NCBI GenBank assembly: GCA_964035545.1 | Contig: OZ037771.1 | Location: 12,218,480 to 12,282,479, forward strand | Direction of reading: 5' to 3' | DNA length: 64,000 nt | Source: Bugula neritina | Lineage: Eukaryota; Animalia; Bryozoa | Shown: positions 40,543 through 54,895 of the stretch, in pieces | How positions within the stretch are numbered: the first letter of the stretch is position 1 | Layout of the letters: the number at the start of each line of letters is the position of its first letter | Made by a program: the position numbers and the translations under genes | Notes under the pieces: generated by a model | What the model was told of the DNA's origin: nothing | The model's database searches: none | The model's input: only the letters and a program-made list of their open reading frames with translations

Positions 40543-43500
40543 ATGATCCATTAAAATAGAACTAATAAAGCCAACGACGTTAATGGTATGTCTAACTAAA
40601 CATGGCATGTCTCGTCTGGCAGTGGGTATGTGGAGGACCAGGCAACCTACGGCCGTCAACCCGTTACTGGCACAACTAGAAGAAGATACTCAAGAGAAGA
40701 CAACAAAGTTGTCATGGAATGCTTCTTCAAAAGTACACCCAAATTGAGAGGTTATAGAAAAACAATGTATGAGCTCTGTAGACCCGGATCAAAGAATTAT
40801 TTAAAAGGAATGTGCAAACGCTGGAAAACAGAGGAGAGTTTAACATCAGCGAATAGAGACTAGCGGATTAAGCAAAAACTATGAAGAAACACAAGCATTT
40901 TATGGAAGAAGAACTCCATAAGATTGAAGAAGGAACCTTGCAAGAACTAGGCACATCAATTGGTGAAGAAGATAATGAAGAGCTAAATTTGCAAATAGAG
41001 GATGTTATAGTACAACATGAGATAGCATATAAATCAGCCATGAGAATTTTAAGAGTACCTAGTTCAGAGGTAGAAAAAGTGTTAGTAGAAAAATTATAAA
41101 TGAGCATAACAAACTATCTAATGATCGACCAACACTAAGAGCCCTTAGGCACACTGAGAGGGTCAAATTACTACAGGCAGTAAAACAGATTAATGATGTG
41201 CTAAACTGTGTTGAGATTATTAATACCATTGAGCTTAATAACACCACCATGGCTTGTGCGAAAAATAGTAACAGAACAAGTGTGTAACAGAAAGGAAAAA
41301 GAAAAACTGACAATGTACAAGTATGGAAAATACGACTGCAGAAGAAATAAAAAGAAATTAGATCAGACTTAAGTAAAATAGCAGAGTGAAAAAGTAGAGC
41401 TTACAATGATTCATTGAGAAGAATGGTTGAAGAAAAATATAGGATAAAGAACAAAGAGTGTGGTGTAGTGATTGAAAAACTGAAGCAAAACCTGAGAGCT
41501 GTAAGCCAGAAGATAAACAGATATACAGAATGAGTTGATCAATATAATCAGAACACAATGTTTACAATGATAAGCGCTTTTATCAAGAATTACGAGGAAA
41601 TGAATGTACATCTAAAGAGGCACCTGACAAGGAAATCAAAAGCATTCTGATAAAATATATGGGGTCAGCCAACTAAAAATAATACCAATGCAGAATGACT
41701 AAATAAAGTTAGCAACAAATTGGAGCATATGTAAAGACAAGGAAATTAGATCTTAGAAACGATGCAAACAACTGGAATAGCAATTAATGTCATAAGGTTG
41801 ATAAGAAAAAGCATGAAACCTGGAGACCACAACTGAAATACCTAGAAGAAAAGATAGGAGAAATAAAGATCAAACTAAGAATTTTCCAAGGAGACTCTTT
41901 ATCTCTATTCCTTTTCTCCAACTACCGATTCGCATGACAGAAGCGGCTCAATGATGCAAATTTCGACGAGACAGATAACAAACCATCTCCTATATGTGGA
42001 TGACCTGAAGGTAAATAGGAAATCAAAGTCAGAACTGGAAGCTTTGGTAAACACTGCCGGGATCTTCACAAGGAATATAGAAATGAAATTTGGATTAAAA
42101 AATGTGCCACACTGGTTATGAGAAAGGGAAAAAAAATCAAGGATACAGGAATCAGTTTGCCTGATGAACAGGTAATCAAAGATCTGGGTGAGAAGCCGTA
42201 TAAATATCTAGGAGTTCTTGAGATTGATAGAATACAAATATATGAAATGAAAAATAAGATCAAGGAGTACTACAAACAAATAAGAAAAGTTCTGGATTCA
42301 AAACTGAATGGTGAGAACACAATCAAAGCAATAAACACATGGGCAGTAACAGCAGTTCATTACACAGCTAGAATACTTGACTGAACTGTTTCATGAGCTA
42401 AAAAATGTGGACTGGAAGACAAGGAAGCTAATGACAACAAACCGTGCACCCTATCCGAGAGCAGATGTAGGCAGGCTGTATTTTAGCAGAAGGGAAGGGG
42501 GTAGAAGAATGTTGTCAACTGAAAAATGCATAAAAATTGAAAACTGCAGCATGTCAGACTACATAAATAAAACATAGACTGATAGAAACACCACACTGAA
42601 TACCTTCCTAAAAGACAAAACGGCGGTAGAACTAAATAATGATAAAGTGATAGAAAGAACTGATGAGTGTAAAGAAAAGCTTCACGTGGTCAATACATCA
42701 AAATGGTGGAAGACATGAAAGCATTTTCCTGGAACTGGTTGAAGTATGGTTGGCTGAAAAAGGAAACAGAAGGACTGCTGACAGCTGCGCAAGATCAACT
42801 ATTCACTACTAGAAATTATAAAGTGGCTATGATGAGAGAACAGGGTAGCAAGAAGTGTGGAATGTGTAACGCAAGAGACAAAACTTCGATGCACGTATTG
42901 AGTGAGTTTGAGAAGGTAGCAGAAGGAGAATATAAGAAAAAACACAACCTTTTGGCATTGATAATTTCAATAGTAGTTCTGTGAACTTCGTGGGTTTCAG
43001 AAAAGTAAGAATTGGTACGGCCATCAAGCAGAATCAGTACTGGAAAATGATAGTGTAAAAACCTTGTAAGATTTAAACATACACACTGACGTAGTCATCA
43101 AAGTTAGGAGACCCGATATATTAGTAGTTGACAAGCATAATGCTGAAACAACGATAATTGATATCACAGTCCCTGTTAACTACAGAGTAAAAGAAAAAAA
43201 TTCGAAAAGTTAGGAAAATATCAGAATTTAGCACTAGAATAAACTCGCCTTTGGAAAACATCAAAAAAGTCATCCCGTTGTAACTGGAGCCTTTGGAGCT
43301 TTATACAAGATTGTAGACTGGCTGACACTACTTGGAGTAGCTGAAAACAAATGCTCATTAATTCAGCAGACACCCTTACTAGGATCAGGATAAGCTCACA
43401 TCCTGAGGAAAGTTCTATCCATTTCAGCCTAGTATAACTAGGCCAATGGTAAAAGGTTACACCAGCTAAAAAACTATGGTCAATCAACAATAATAATAAT
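40543..43500 (+). mobile_element. R4/Dong-clade non-LTR retrotransposon (restriction-like endonuclease type), decayed and internally deleted
   Basis: N-terminal VMECFFKS.P..RGYRK; RT motifs IFQGDSLS, YVDDLK, YKYLG, AINTWAV, RLY..R.EGGR; LKKETEGLLTAAQDQ; C-x2-C knuckle relic; RPDILVVDK..IIDITVP..KY endonuclease; (TAA)n at both ends. Confidence 0.9.
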
Positions 43501-44559
43501 ATACAACTATATTAGTGCAGTTGGTTCTATTATTAGATTAGTATATCGATTATGACTTTTCGATTGCCACCCTGATACTATGAGTAAAATGTACAAGCAT
43601 ACGTGAAAGTATAGATATGATCATAAGTATAAAAATAGGTATAAGTATAAATATAAATATAGGTACAAGTATAAAACGAATGATTATATTATTAATAATA
43701 TTAGTCAGTGATACCTATAACCGTAATGGTTTTTAGACTTACAGTTATCATTAACATTAGCTGAGTAATATGATTAGTTAAAATAATGGTATTCATTATT
43801 ATATCATAGTTATAAGTTATAACTCTAGTCTCTAAAGAGCAACAGCAAGTGTAATTGGGATATTCATATTAAATTTCATATTCACATAGTGCAATGTTTA
43901 TGTTATGAACTAATTTATTCCTTCAACATTTAACTATAAATATGATTAACACTAACTTTGACCAGCAGTATTACTAAAAGAAGCGTATTACACATATAAG
44001 GTAATAAAATTCTAGTAGTAGGACTAATAGTATTACTAGGTCCAGTATTATTCTTGTTATCTTATTCATCATTCATGAGTTATCAAATTTAAAATTACTA
44101 CTTATTAGCATCAGCATATAAAAAGTAAGATCATTAGGAATAATTATCATGAGGTATGATCTATGATTTGCATTATCCATATATAGTTTAATACCAATAT
44201 GATATATTATTATTGCTGATAGTCTATGTTATAGTTAAATTTATACTTATCTTTACAGTTAGCTATAGTAGCACTTATTAGTTATTTGTGGTAGCCAAAC
44301 TAATGTTTAATATTAATAAATTAAACTGAGTATCATAAAAGTGTTACTAAGAATTTTAATTATAATCGCAATGGTGATCATATTACTTTATTATAATTAT
44401 TATATTTTATCATTAATGCTAAACTGAGTTAATGTATATACTTTGAGTTTTACTATTACTCATTATATTTACACTTATGGTAAAACTAAATATGTAAAAG
44501 TTATACTTATACTATTATTATTCGTATTTCATTAGACTTACATCTAAGATTGAGTCCTA

Positions 44560-44680
44560 TTACTACTACCACTGATACTAGTACTACAACTAGTACTACT
44601 ACTACTACTAATAGTACTGTTACTACTACTACTACTAGTACTACTACTAGGTCTACTACTGTACTAGTACAACTACAAAC
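44560..44680. repeat. (TAC/TAG)n tract
   Basis: TACTACTACC...TACTAGTACTAC seen directly. Confidence 0.9.
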
Positions 44681-45199
44681 TTTGAAAATAACTGCAAGAA
44701 AGGTATGACTTACTCTTTTTCTTAGTCTTACTGTGACTCTCAGTCGTAATGTAAAATAAAATTGTGAACTGTAAAGTTAAACCCAAGGCTGAAATTTATT
44801 TAATTAAATTTAGACAATCTGAATCATTGGCTCAATCCTTGAGTTTGACTATTAGTATTACTATTATTATTAGTGTTACGATTGTGATTATCATTGGCAT
44901 TATGCCATTATCATTATGATTGTAATTGTGGTAATTCTAACATTAATTATAATCATAAATTAAAAGGTAATGATTAATGATAATTATTTTCATTTTGTAA
45001 TCATAATGATAATCATAATGATGTAAATTTTGATGTAAAACCAAAATACTAAAACTAAAAGTAAAAGTTATAAAATTAAATGATAAAATATTATAATGAT
45101 AATTATTGTATTTATTATATTATTATTGAATATATTATTTCATTAGAAAATAGGTTGCAGCTTAGCATGATTAAAATTCAGTAAAAATTAGTTTACCAA

Positions 45200-45410
45200 C
45201 AGCAAACATGCATGCGTCTTGTCAACATTCAATCCGTAGTGCCATAGCGAAGCCGGATTACTGGTAGTACGACTACTAGTACTAGAACTACTACTCCTAG
45301 TGATTACAGATCCTTGGCGATTTTAGCTGTGAGTGACCTTCACCTCACATTCTCGTCATGCGCGCGGCATTAGACTAAGTACAGGGTATAAAGCACTGAG
45401 CTGGAAAAGA
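45200..45410. promoter_or_regulatory. CpG-rich promoter-like core
   Basis: CpG cluster including TGCGCGCGG and a TATAAA at about 45387, embedded in TAN-triplet low-complexity DNA. Confidence 0.45.
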
Positions 45411-47879
45411 AATAATATATTTTAATTATAGGTAATACTAATAGTAATATAATTTATGGTAATATATAGGTAATATTATTGAGTTTATTGGTATGGAGTA
45501 TAGACCTATCACTGATAGTATCAGTATCAACTACCACTTACGTACTACTTCAACTTATAACTTACCTTCAACTCAAACTGCTTGGAATCATTTGTCTTTG
45601 GTCATATTCATATTGGCATTGTCATTGTGATTGTAATATAGTAATAACTATTAATATTTTTAGTTCAACATCAATGCCGAACATATTGTAATAACTAATA
45701 AGATAATCATAAGGTTGATATATTTTGCTAATACTAATACTAATAGTTATAGTTATAGTAATTCAGTGTCACTCTCACTCTGGTGGAGTGAGACTCAGAC
45801 TTAGAGTTAGAGACAGAGTGAGTCCGAGTAAGTCTGAGTGTTGGTAATAGTAATAGTCATATAAATTTAAATTATATTTACTTATTTCTAGCAATCACAA
45901 TGGCAATAGTTATAGTAACTTTCACTTACTCTTAAATCATTGAACCTGAACTAAAAGTAAAATTAAGCATTATGATTATGATTATCATTATGATTATACC
46001 TATGATTTTATTATGTTTAAATTAAAAATCAATATCATGATAATATCATAGTGATAGACATATTTTTGATAAATGATAATATAAAAGTAATTTGATAAAT
46101 TATACATTGATTTTGAATTAAGGTGATACTGATACTAGACCGGTACTGAAAGTGATAGTAATACTAATAGTAATAGTAATAGTCATATAAATTTAAGTTA
46201 TATTTACTCATTACCGGCAATCACAATGGCAATAGTAACTTAAACTGTAACACTAACAGTAATGGTATGGGTATGTTTGAAATTGTCACTATCAGTATTG
46301 CTATGAATCAAAATATAATGCTATCATACCAATAATTTAAAATAGTATTACAAAGCTTCAGTAGCAACTTTTACTTGTACCAGTTTGGAATTTTGGATTA
46401 TACATATTCTTAGTTGAAGTCTTCAAGTTTATTGTCAAAATGAACTTGAAATTAAAGACTTAGTAGTAAAAATTAAACTAAGACTGACTGTAAGTGACTA
46501 AGATTAAAAATAAGTAATTTTAAATATCGATTTAGTATTTTTCTTACTCTTTGTCTTAAAATTGGCTTTTATTTTGCACCTACTCCTGGTCAATGATTCT
46601 TTTTTCTATTTGTATTACTATTGCTATTAGTATAATTGACTTAAATTTAATAATAGATATGATTATATCTTTATAAATATGATATTTGATTTTATGAATA
46701 GTAATTCGAAAACTCTTTGGTATTATTTATTTTTGATCATTGTAGTTATTATCATTATATTTGTATAATAATTATGATTATCAAATTCAATATCGATATT
46801 TGTATTATGGTATGGATATCTGCCTCCATCCCGTGTTCTGTTTTGCAGTGCCTTTTTACATTCACGTCTAGGTTCACATTGCGATGGTCATACTGATAGC
46901 ACTTGGGGACAGTGATGAGCATAATGATTATCACTAATATTAAGATTATCGTTATTAGGATTTAGAATAATTTAATAAACAAGCAACTTAAAACAAATGT
47001 TTTTACTAATATACATATTAATTACTAATATAAATATACTACTATGAATATTATAATTATTATACTTTACAATTCAAAGTAAGATAATCATAATACGAAC
47101 TGGTAAAACTAAATATAAAGTAAATGTAATAATACTAATAGTAGTTATCCATTCCCCTTTGGTATCACATACTAATAATTGGAAACCTCTGTCCTAATAT
47201 TATTTCTATTAATATTGCTCAAAGTTTGATCCCTATTTAATTTTATAGTTCACTCACCAGCTACATAATTTTATTAAAATACATGTGGTATTGGTTATAG
47301 TACTAGTGAAACTTGAAGTTGAATAGCATGCTTATTACTCACTGCTCTTTGCTTACATTATTAGGGTTACTCTTTAGTCTTAGAGATACCCTAACATAAA
47401 CTTGAAAGCTGGAGGTAGTACTAGTCTAGTGCTGTGTTAATTCTACACTGTTGACTTATCAACACTGTGACTATAATTATGACTCCTAAGTCAAAGTCAT
47501 TTTCATATAGTAGTAATCACTATGACAGACTGAAAGTCAGGAAGACTAAATATAATGGTAAAGTGTGTAAGAATAAATCATACTTAATCAATTACTTTTA
47601 GTTTTGTTACCAGTGTTGGGTCAACTTTCAGAATAAAGAATAAATATAATTATGAAGATAAATGGATAAAAATTCCAATCATGGTTTAATGTGCCTATTT
47701 TAAGCTGTTAATTTAATTACTATAATATAAGTGCTCAAAATACAACTTTTGATTTTCATAATTATGTTTTAATTTAATACAGATACCATAGTATCATATA
47801 CGGTAGAATCAGTTGTATCTTATTTAATAATGAAGTAACTTATTGCATCTTTCACAGTTAATAATTATTCACTTGTTAG

Positions 47880-50800
47880 TCTTTGAACTGGGACAATGTT
47901 AGAAACTTGAAGTAGAATGAAGTTTGATTTCAGTTACCGCAATGGTATCTGCAGTCACAATAGGGATATGCATATAACTATGTTTATATTTGTGAAAAAT
48001 ATATAGTCAAAACTAGATAAGGTAATAGTAATTATAATTGGTTTCACTTTTAATATATTCCTATAAACTGGAAAATAGACAGAAGCATTTAATCATGAAA
48101 GTAAACCTAGTGGAAGTAAATCAATTCACTAAGTATAGTAAAATATTTACTATTCAGTAAGTTTATTTACTTTAGTTAATTGTACTTGATTATTTCTGTC
48201 GGTTTTTCAGTTGATTTTTCTACCTTTTGCTATAGCATATCAAACTACCACAAAGTCATGCTTCCGTATTACAATTATAAACATAGTGTTACTGTGTAAT
48301 GTTATAGTAATGTAATAGTAATATTTGGATCATTGTAAGTATTTCTGTTGTTGTACTGATTGATCAATATTTTTTAGCTTGCATGGATATTTGCAACGAT
48401 CAAGATGTCATTTGAACCTGGACTGGAATGAAGATGGCAAATCGAGAAGCTAGCTACAATTATTCTGCAGAAAGAAACTTGGTAAGCAAAAATAAGCTGC
48501 AGCATTAAGCAGTAAGCAATATGACGATGAACTTTGCTTGATTTTGATTGACCTTAAAATATCTGGTCACCTTTCACCAACGTGGTCCTGCGCGGGTGGC
48601 GGGTGACCTTAAAATGTCTGTTGCACGTAAAATAAATTTTGTGACAGTCAAAAGTATGCTGATCTTTTTCGTATTTCAGTGCATCGGTGTCTTAGCTTAA
48701 GAGCTGAACCCAACAATTATGATCTAAAGCTGTTTTTTACTAGAAAGTGATTTTACTGTCTTTCTGATTATTCTTGGTTTTTCAGCTTGATGAATTGAAT
48801 AAATGGATTTGATTTCGGGTATTATGTAATGGATGAAAGAAATTTTTCTTAAATTTGTACTGAGCAATTTTTGCTATTGCTATGATGTTTAGTGATAAAA
48901 TTGCACCCTTAATAACCCTGAAAACTTTCATTACTAGCATTTGTTTATGTTCATTTTTAGGAAATTAAAATGAAGACACAACTCACCGATGCTATCTCAC
49001 TGTGCCTGCATGCAGTTTATCTAAAAAGGTACTCCTATTAGCTGGCTTTTGCCCAATACCTGGTTGTCTCTGTAACTATTTTTTGCTCGCAGATGAGTTT
49101 TTTGAACTTGATATTTTATTGATTTTGAAAGTTACAGTGAGCTTTGAACTTGCTAGCATCGTTTTTAAAAACTTGCTGCAGTTTTTATCAACATTTTTTA
49201 AGTCAATGGTGTTAGTTTGGAAGCTCTCTCACTCCTCTCTCTGTATCTTTCTCCCACACCTTCCACTCAACCTCTCTCTCTTTCTCTCCCTCTCTCCCGC
49301 CCTCCCTCTCTCCCACCCTCCCTCTCTCCCACCCTCTGTCTCTCCCACCTTCTCCCTCTCTCTCCCACCCTCCATCTCTCCCACCTTCTCTCTCTCCTAA
49401 CCTTTCTCTCTTCCCTTTTCCACTATCTCTCTGACTCTCTCCCTTTCTCTCTTCTACCCCATCTCTCTTCCATCCTCTCTCCTAACCTTTCTCTCCCACC
49501 CCCCTCTCCCACTCTCTTTCTCTCTCTAGTTTGCATGGCTTTACCCAATTTTGGTTTTTTTTTTATTTTGTTTCAGAGTATCCAAAAGGAAAGCTAAAAT
49601 TTATTTAATATATATTATACCAACTTGAGCTTTACATATAATATCAAATAAATGCTGTGTTTTGTTAAAACAATGTTTGCAACTTTGTAGTATATTCAAA
49701 TTCATAATTTATTTGTAGAGTCACACAACAAGACACTACTCTGACACACTCGCAAGTTGCCACTGATCCAGCAGTATAGATGATTGTTTTCTCCACTGGC
49801 TATGCTGTCACGCTTTACTGTTGTGGTGTTTGAAACAAACCAATTGTTTGCCTACGCAGATTAGGGTGAGAAAAAAAGTGAGAAATGAAAGCTGTTTTTA
49901 ATACCAACTACACTTAGTTTTTATTGAATGAAAAACAAAGTGAAATCATTAGTTATCCGTTAAATGACTATATCACTGTTTATAAAGATGAAACACAAAT
50001 AATCTTATATTATGCTAATGAAATTTGGCTTTCAAATAGCTTTTTTCTGTATATTTGTTGAGGAAGTTTATCTTCAACAAAACTTTGTAGCTGTTGAATA
50101 TGTGGAGAGTATTTTATATTGTATAAATTTATAGAGTAAAAGGTTCCTATCAAACTTTTACAACTTAGCTCATCTACGGTTTAAAAGTGTGAGTCACCCT
50201 TCACACTAGAGTTTTATAAAGTTTTAATGAATGTGCAGTATTTCATAAAATATTGTGTGTCTCGTAAATTGAGCTATTTCTACCTTTTCAGTGAGATTGG
50301 AGTAAACACACCTCAAAATTCACATCTGGTATCACATTGATTTATCGCAAGTCAAAGTACACCTACTAACTCGTCCTTCCTTAATACCTGCTTGCTTTTG
50401 CACTTCTACTCATTTCATATACCTAACATTTCTCTTGCAGATGAATTACATCTTTTAAGTTGTAAAAGCCTTAAATAGCATGAAATTAATGAGGTTTAAA
50501 CTGTGGCCACACTAACTATTGATGCGTTTATTGATGGGTTAAATTACACGAAAATATTGTCTCTTTCTTTTTAGTTTCACCTAAAGTATTACATACTATT
50601 GATGGAGGCTTTGCTGAAGTTTTTGGGTGATGATTTGTCAATAATTTTCCAGAGAAGATGATGCCACGGTGGCTGGCATCATTATGCAGTTTCCAAATTT
50701 CTTTCGGCTTTGCTCTAGTGAAAATGTTGGAAAACAATCAACAAAAAGGTTTGTACCATAAACGAAGTTATTGTGTGCGTGTTGCCAAAGCATAAAGTGT

Positions 50801-52725
50801 GCTGGACATTTTTAAGTTTCTGTTGAGATGCGTTTTTGCTTTTCCTGCATGAAAAAAGTTTCAGTTTCAGTTAATATCACTAGCGGAGTGCCCACCTATA
50901 TTTTAAATCATATTGATGCATAAGTTCTTTTTGTAATATTAAAAGTATAACTTGCTTAATTGCTATTCAATGCCCTTTGAAGTTTCCAACTGTAATTAAT
51001 TAGTTGATTTGGCAGCATAGTATCGATGATTGATGAAGGCAGCCGATATAATTATAAGCATAAATATCTATATCTACATGAAGATGTCATTCCCAATGAT
51101 TGTTATTCTGAAATCAGCTGATTAAGTTATCACAAACTAAACATTTTGACCAGCGGCTTGCAATGCAACTCGGTGAAATTTCAGACCTAGATAAATTGAA
51201 TTTCTTACTGAAAATCGTGAAGGTATTAAAGTTTAAAGTGAAAGTTTAAAGGGTCATTTCTCTGCGAATTCTAATAGCATGGTGCCAATTAGACTTGAAA
51301 AAATTTCAAGGCACTATAAAGCACTAAGCCCATTCTTACAAGTAGTTTCAAAGTGCACTGGAATTTCAGTTTACTTGTCATTGTATAGAAGCCTGATCTA
51401 CACTATATAGCATTCACTATTGCCTGCTTCTTCTAAGCATCTATAATGTATTAACTACAGTTTGCTTTGAGAAGTGAATTTCTACTTGGTATTTTTTCCT
51501 TATCGTTCTGTTGTTTGCCAGTAGTCTTAATTTAATGGATTTTCCCTTTTCAAAAGTGGTTGTGACAATCAAAACACATCATGCAGCCTGCAACTACACA
51601 ATCAGTCAGTAATTTCTTCCATTAAAGTAGCTCTTCTGGTTACTCTTGCTCACCTAAAAGCCTGAGCCTCATTCAAATTGCAATTTTTTAGAGTTGTTAG
51701 TTTTTCATGCAATCTTTCATTTTTTTTTTGTTAGGCACAAAATTAGTATTCACTAGACCTAATCTTTCATCTGCATGTATGCCTAATGTTTTTTCATTAA
51801 AGAAAAACCTCTGCTGAATATTGAACTAATAATGAAATTAAATTCCCTAAACTAAAAGTAGCAGTGTGATTTTGGTATTACAATTAGTTGTTAGCATAGA
51901 GTCAAGTTATTGACAGGAATTTTCAAATTGAAATGAATGAATTTCATTGTAAGTCAGCAAGATTTAGTCTAAGTAAACATAGCATTACATCGTGTTTTAT
52001 TTAGCATTTGCAGAAGGCAACATATATTTTAAGGATTATTGTAAACTTAAATGTAATTTTAAGTACTTTCCATGTTTGTTATTGTAGATGGTCTTGTTCT
52101 TTAGGATGGATGTGACAACTCCTTGTGTCAAGCTTAACTGATTTGACTACTGAATCCCAATCATATGTTTTGCCAAAAAATGTGAAAATGGAGTGCATGT
52201 CTACTTTATTTGAGAAAATATTAAAAATACTTTTGAAACTTCATCTAGCCAAACAATACAACAGTTTCATTTTATAAAAAAAATATCATTTGCACAAAAA
52301 TGTATTATGTAATCGAACAATTTCTAGAAAAAAAAGTGCTTTCCTCCAGTTTTGCTAATGAACTACATTTTTCATTACATGCTTGTCTTTATAATTTTAT
52401 TAATTGTTTTTTCTGGTGAGTCAATTAAAGTCAATTCAACCTAGAAAAGTCTGAATTTCAGACTTAATTTCAAGCTAGAATATTCACATTTTTAGGTCTG
52501 CGTTTGCAAACATTGTTGTGTTACTTTACTTTTTATATTTTTGGAAATAAATATCTTTTTAGCTTGTGCCTATTCATGATTAGAATAGTATAATAATATT
52601 TAACTTTTCTTCAATTTTAATAGATGCAAATGTTGATCAGTTGGAGTATTCAGTTTAGCTGAATTTTACTTGCTTCTGCGAAAACAATCTTTTGGAGTTG
52701 TCTGCACTCTGCCCTCTCTTTAGGT
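47880..52725 (+). pseudogene. Decayed multi-exon gene of unknown family
   Basis: AG...GT-bounded blocks at about 48378-48481, 48961-49028, 49093-49210, 49719-49865, 50653-50748 and 52625-52722, several with in-frame stops. Confidence 0.45.
49222..49527. repeat. Polypyrimidine (CT-rich) low-complexity tract
   Basis: CTCTCTCCCACC-like units; explains the Ser/Leu/Pro-rich ORFs. Confidence 0.9.
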
Positions 52726-52910
52726 AATTTTTTGACCTATGGTTAACGTAATAATTATAACTTTTTAAAGATGCTTGTGAACCTAACAATATAGCATAAC
52801 TATCAAACCACATTATTCAATATCTGCATAAAATTTAGCCGATAAGCTGCCACCCAATGAGCTTGAAAAGATATTAGAATTCTAGCTCAGTGCTGCCATC
52901 AATGTAGATA

Positions 52911-52970
52911 TTTATAATGATATAAAGCCAAAACTCATTATTTATAATGATATAAAGCCAAAACTCATTA
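52911..52970. repeat. Perfect 30-bp tandem duplication
   Basis: TTTATAATGATATAAAGCCAAAACTCATTA x2. Confidence 0.95.
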
Positions 52971-53445
52971 TTGCATGAAATTATCTAACCATTCCTGACA
53001 AAGAATCGAGATAATAACTCCAAAGTTGGTCAGTTGAAACCACAGCAATAATACCTTACTCCTTATAATTGTCAGGTTTAATTTTATACCAAGCCCCAAT
53101 AAGTACATATCACTATGACAACACAGCCTAAGCACCTCCAATGCAAGAAATTTAGTATTGTGGTGCTACAAATCCTCCAGTTACAAATGAGTAGAGCTTT
53201 CATGATTATTGGTCTACCATAATGTTTATTTAGTTTTAAGGACTAGCATAAATGCTATTATATGCGGGAGGTATTTGAAAAGCTTCCAACTCCATCTTCA
53301 ACTACGGGCTATTATAATTATGCGGATAAACGAGATACTACACTCGGACTGCCCTGTTATAGTACTATGATTGGCTACTGCAAAATTTTTGCCGATAGAC
53401 AACATTTAATTATGATGTAATGTATCTCGTATTGGTACATAAGTG

Positions 53446-53829
53446 TTATGTCTGAGGACGAGATACTGTGAAATTATGCCCTGCAGAAATGGCTTTGTCA
53501 TAACTAGCCTTTACAGCTTGATAGTACTCTACTGGACTCATCTTATTAACATAAGCAATGTCTTCCATAGACTCATCTGATGAAACGTATTCCAAAAAGT
53601 CATAATGGATAGTTAGAAACTCTTGATATATAGATTCAAGCTGAGATTGCAGGCATTCCACTTGTGTAGAGTTGCTACTAGAGATTGCTGATTCTATGAG
53701 ATTAGTTAGCATTGTTACCTTAGACCTCAGAGTAGTACGTTGTTTTTTGAGATTAACTATGTCCTGTCGGTCCATGTCAGCCTCAACAATATTGGTACTG
53801 TATCGCTTTGTGTTTGTGTCTGGTTGCAA
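53446..53829 (-). mobile_element. Probable LTR-retrotransposon (BEL/Pao-like) gag N-terminal fragment
   Basis: Intronless 127-aa helical ORF with LKKQRTTLRSKVT..L..L..LESIYQEFLTIH..F pattern; no LTRs or pol found. Confidence 0.5.
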
Positions 53830-54895
53830 GATATGCTTTAACTACTAGCCAACTTGGCAACAGGTTTTCGAGTTTATTAACTGTCAAATCCAACCCTAGA
53901 AAAATGGGAAACATTAGAAATTGTATAAGTAAGTAGTCACAATATAAATCAAAATTCAGAGGAACACTATGAATATTACAGAACCAAACAAATTGACATG
54001 AACTATTATAATTCTATTAAATTTACAATATTGATGCTTAGATAAAATTCTTAGCCATCACAATACCGAAACCGATAGTTTATTCTTACAAAGAGTGTAA
54101 ATATGGCGGTTTGATCATGATACACTGACTCATGCAGTACAGTGAATGCACTAGCTCTGCCAGCTAATAGTAGATTTGGTGAAAGCTTTGAAGCTTGAAA
54201 GCTTTAATGATTGGCTACCTGCCAATACATCTGGGTGGCATACCAATACAATGTTATTGCCCTTGAACTCTTGCATGTAGGAGTGGAACACATATTCATA
54301 TGCGAGTATATGTTATAGATAGCAGAGTAATGACTTTGTGTAGTAACTTTGGAAGCAAGACTTCCCAAAAGTTTTCTTCTATGGTTTAATTTGAAATGAC
54401 TCCAGCAACACTTAGTGTTGTTTCTTTTCTATAAGGCCGGTAGACTAGGGGTGACACCCAGTCTGTGGCTGCTTGTTGGACAGCACTGCTTTAGAGTACC
54501 AATTGATAATTGCGATTATAATATATGTTACAAAACTGCTTTATATTACTCAATTTTGAAATTATCATTGTGATGTTTGGCAAATACCATATTTTTTTCT
54601 AATCATTCAAAACATAAAAGCATAAGTTTCAGACCAATATTATATGGTCAGTTATCTACAGCTAAAAACTTATAGAGGTATATATAATAAGAAAAACATG
54701 AAACAGCTAAGATATGGATAGGTAACATAAATACTTTATATAGTTAAATAATAAAGTTGATGTTTTCTGCAGTAGACAAATAACTTGTTCAGCTGTTTCA
54801 TATAATTAGACATTGGTCGAGAACTAACTGGAATAACTCTAGTGGGAGGAGAGTACAGTATAGATTCATATACAGATGTAACTAATAGAACAAGA

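Noticed and set aside
40868-43490. Minus-strand ORFs in 40.8-43.5 kb
   Set aside because: They are antisense shadows of the R4 retrotransposon ORF.
49002-49597. Ser/Pro/Leu-rich ORFs
   Set aside because: They are largely a CT-rich tract; only 49093-49210 is exon-like.
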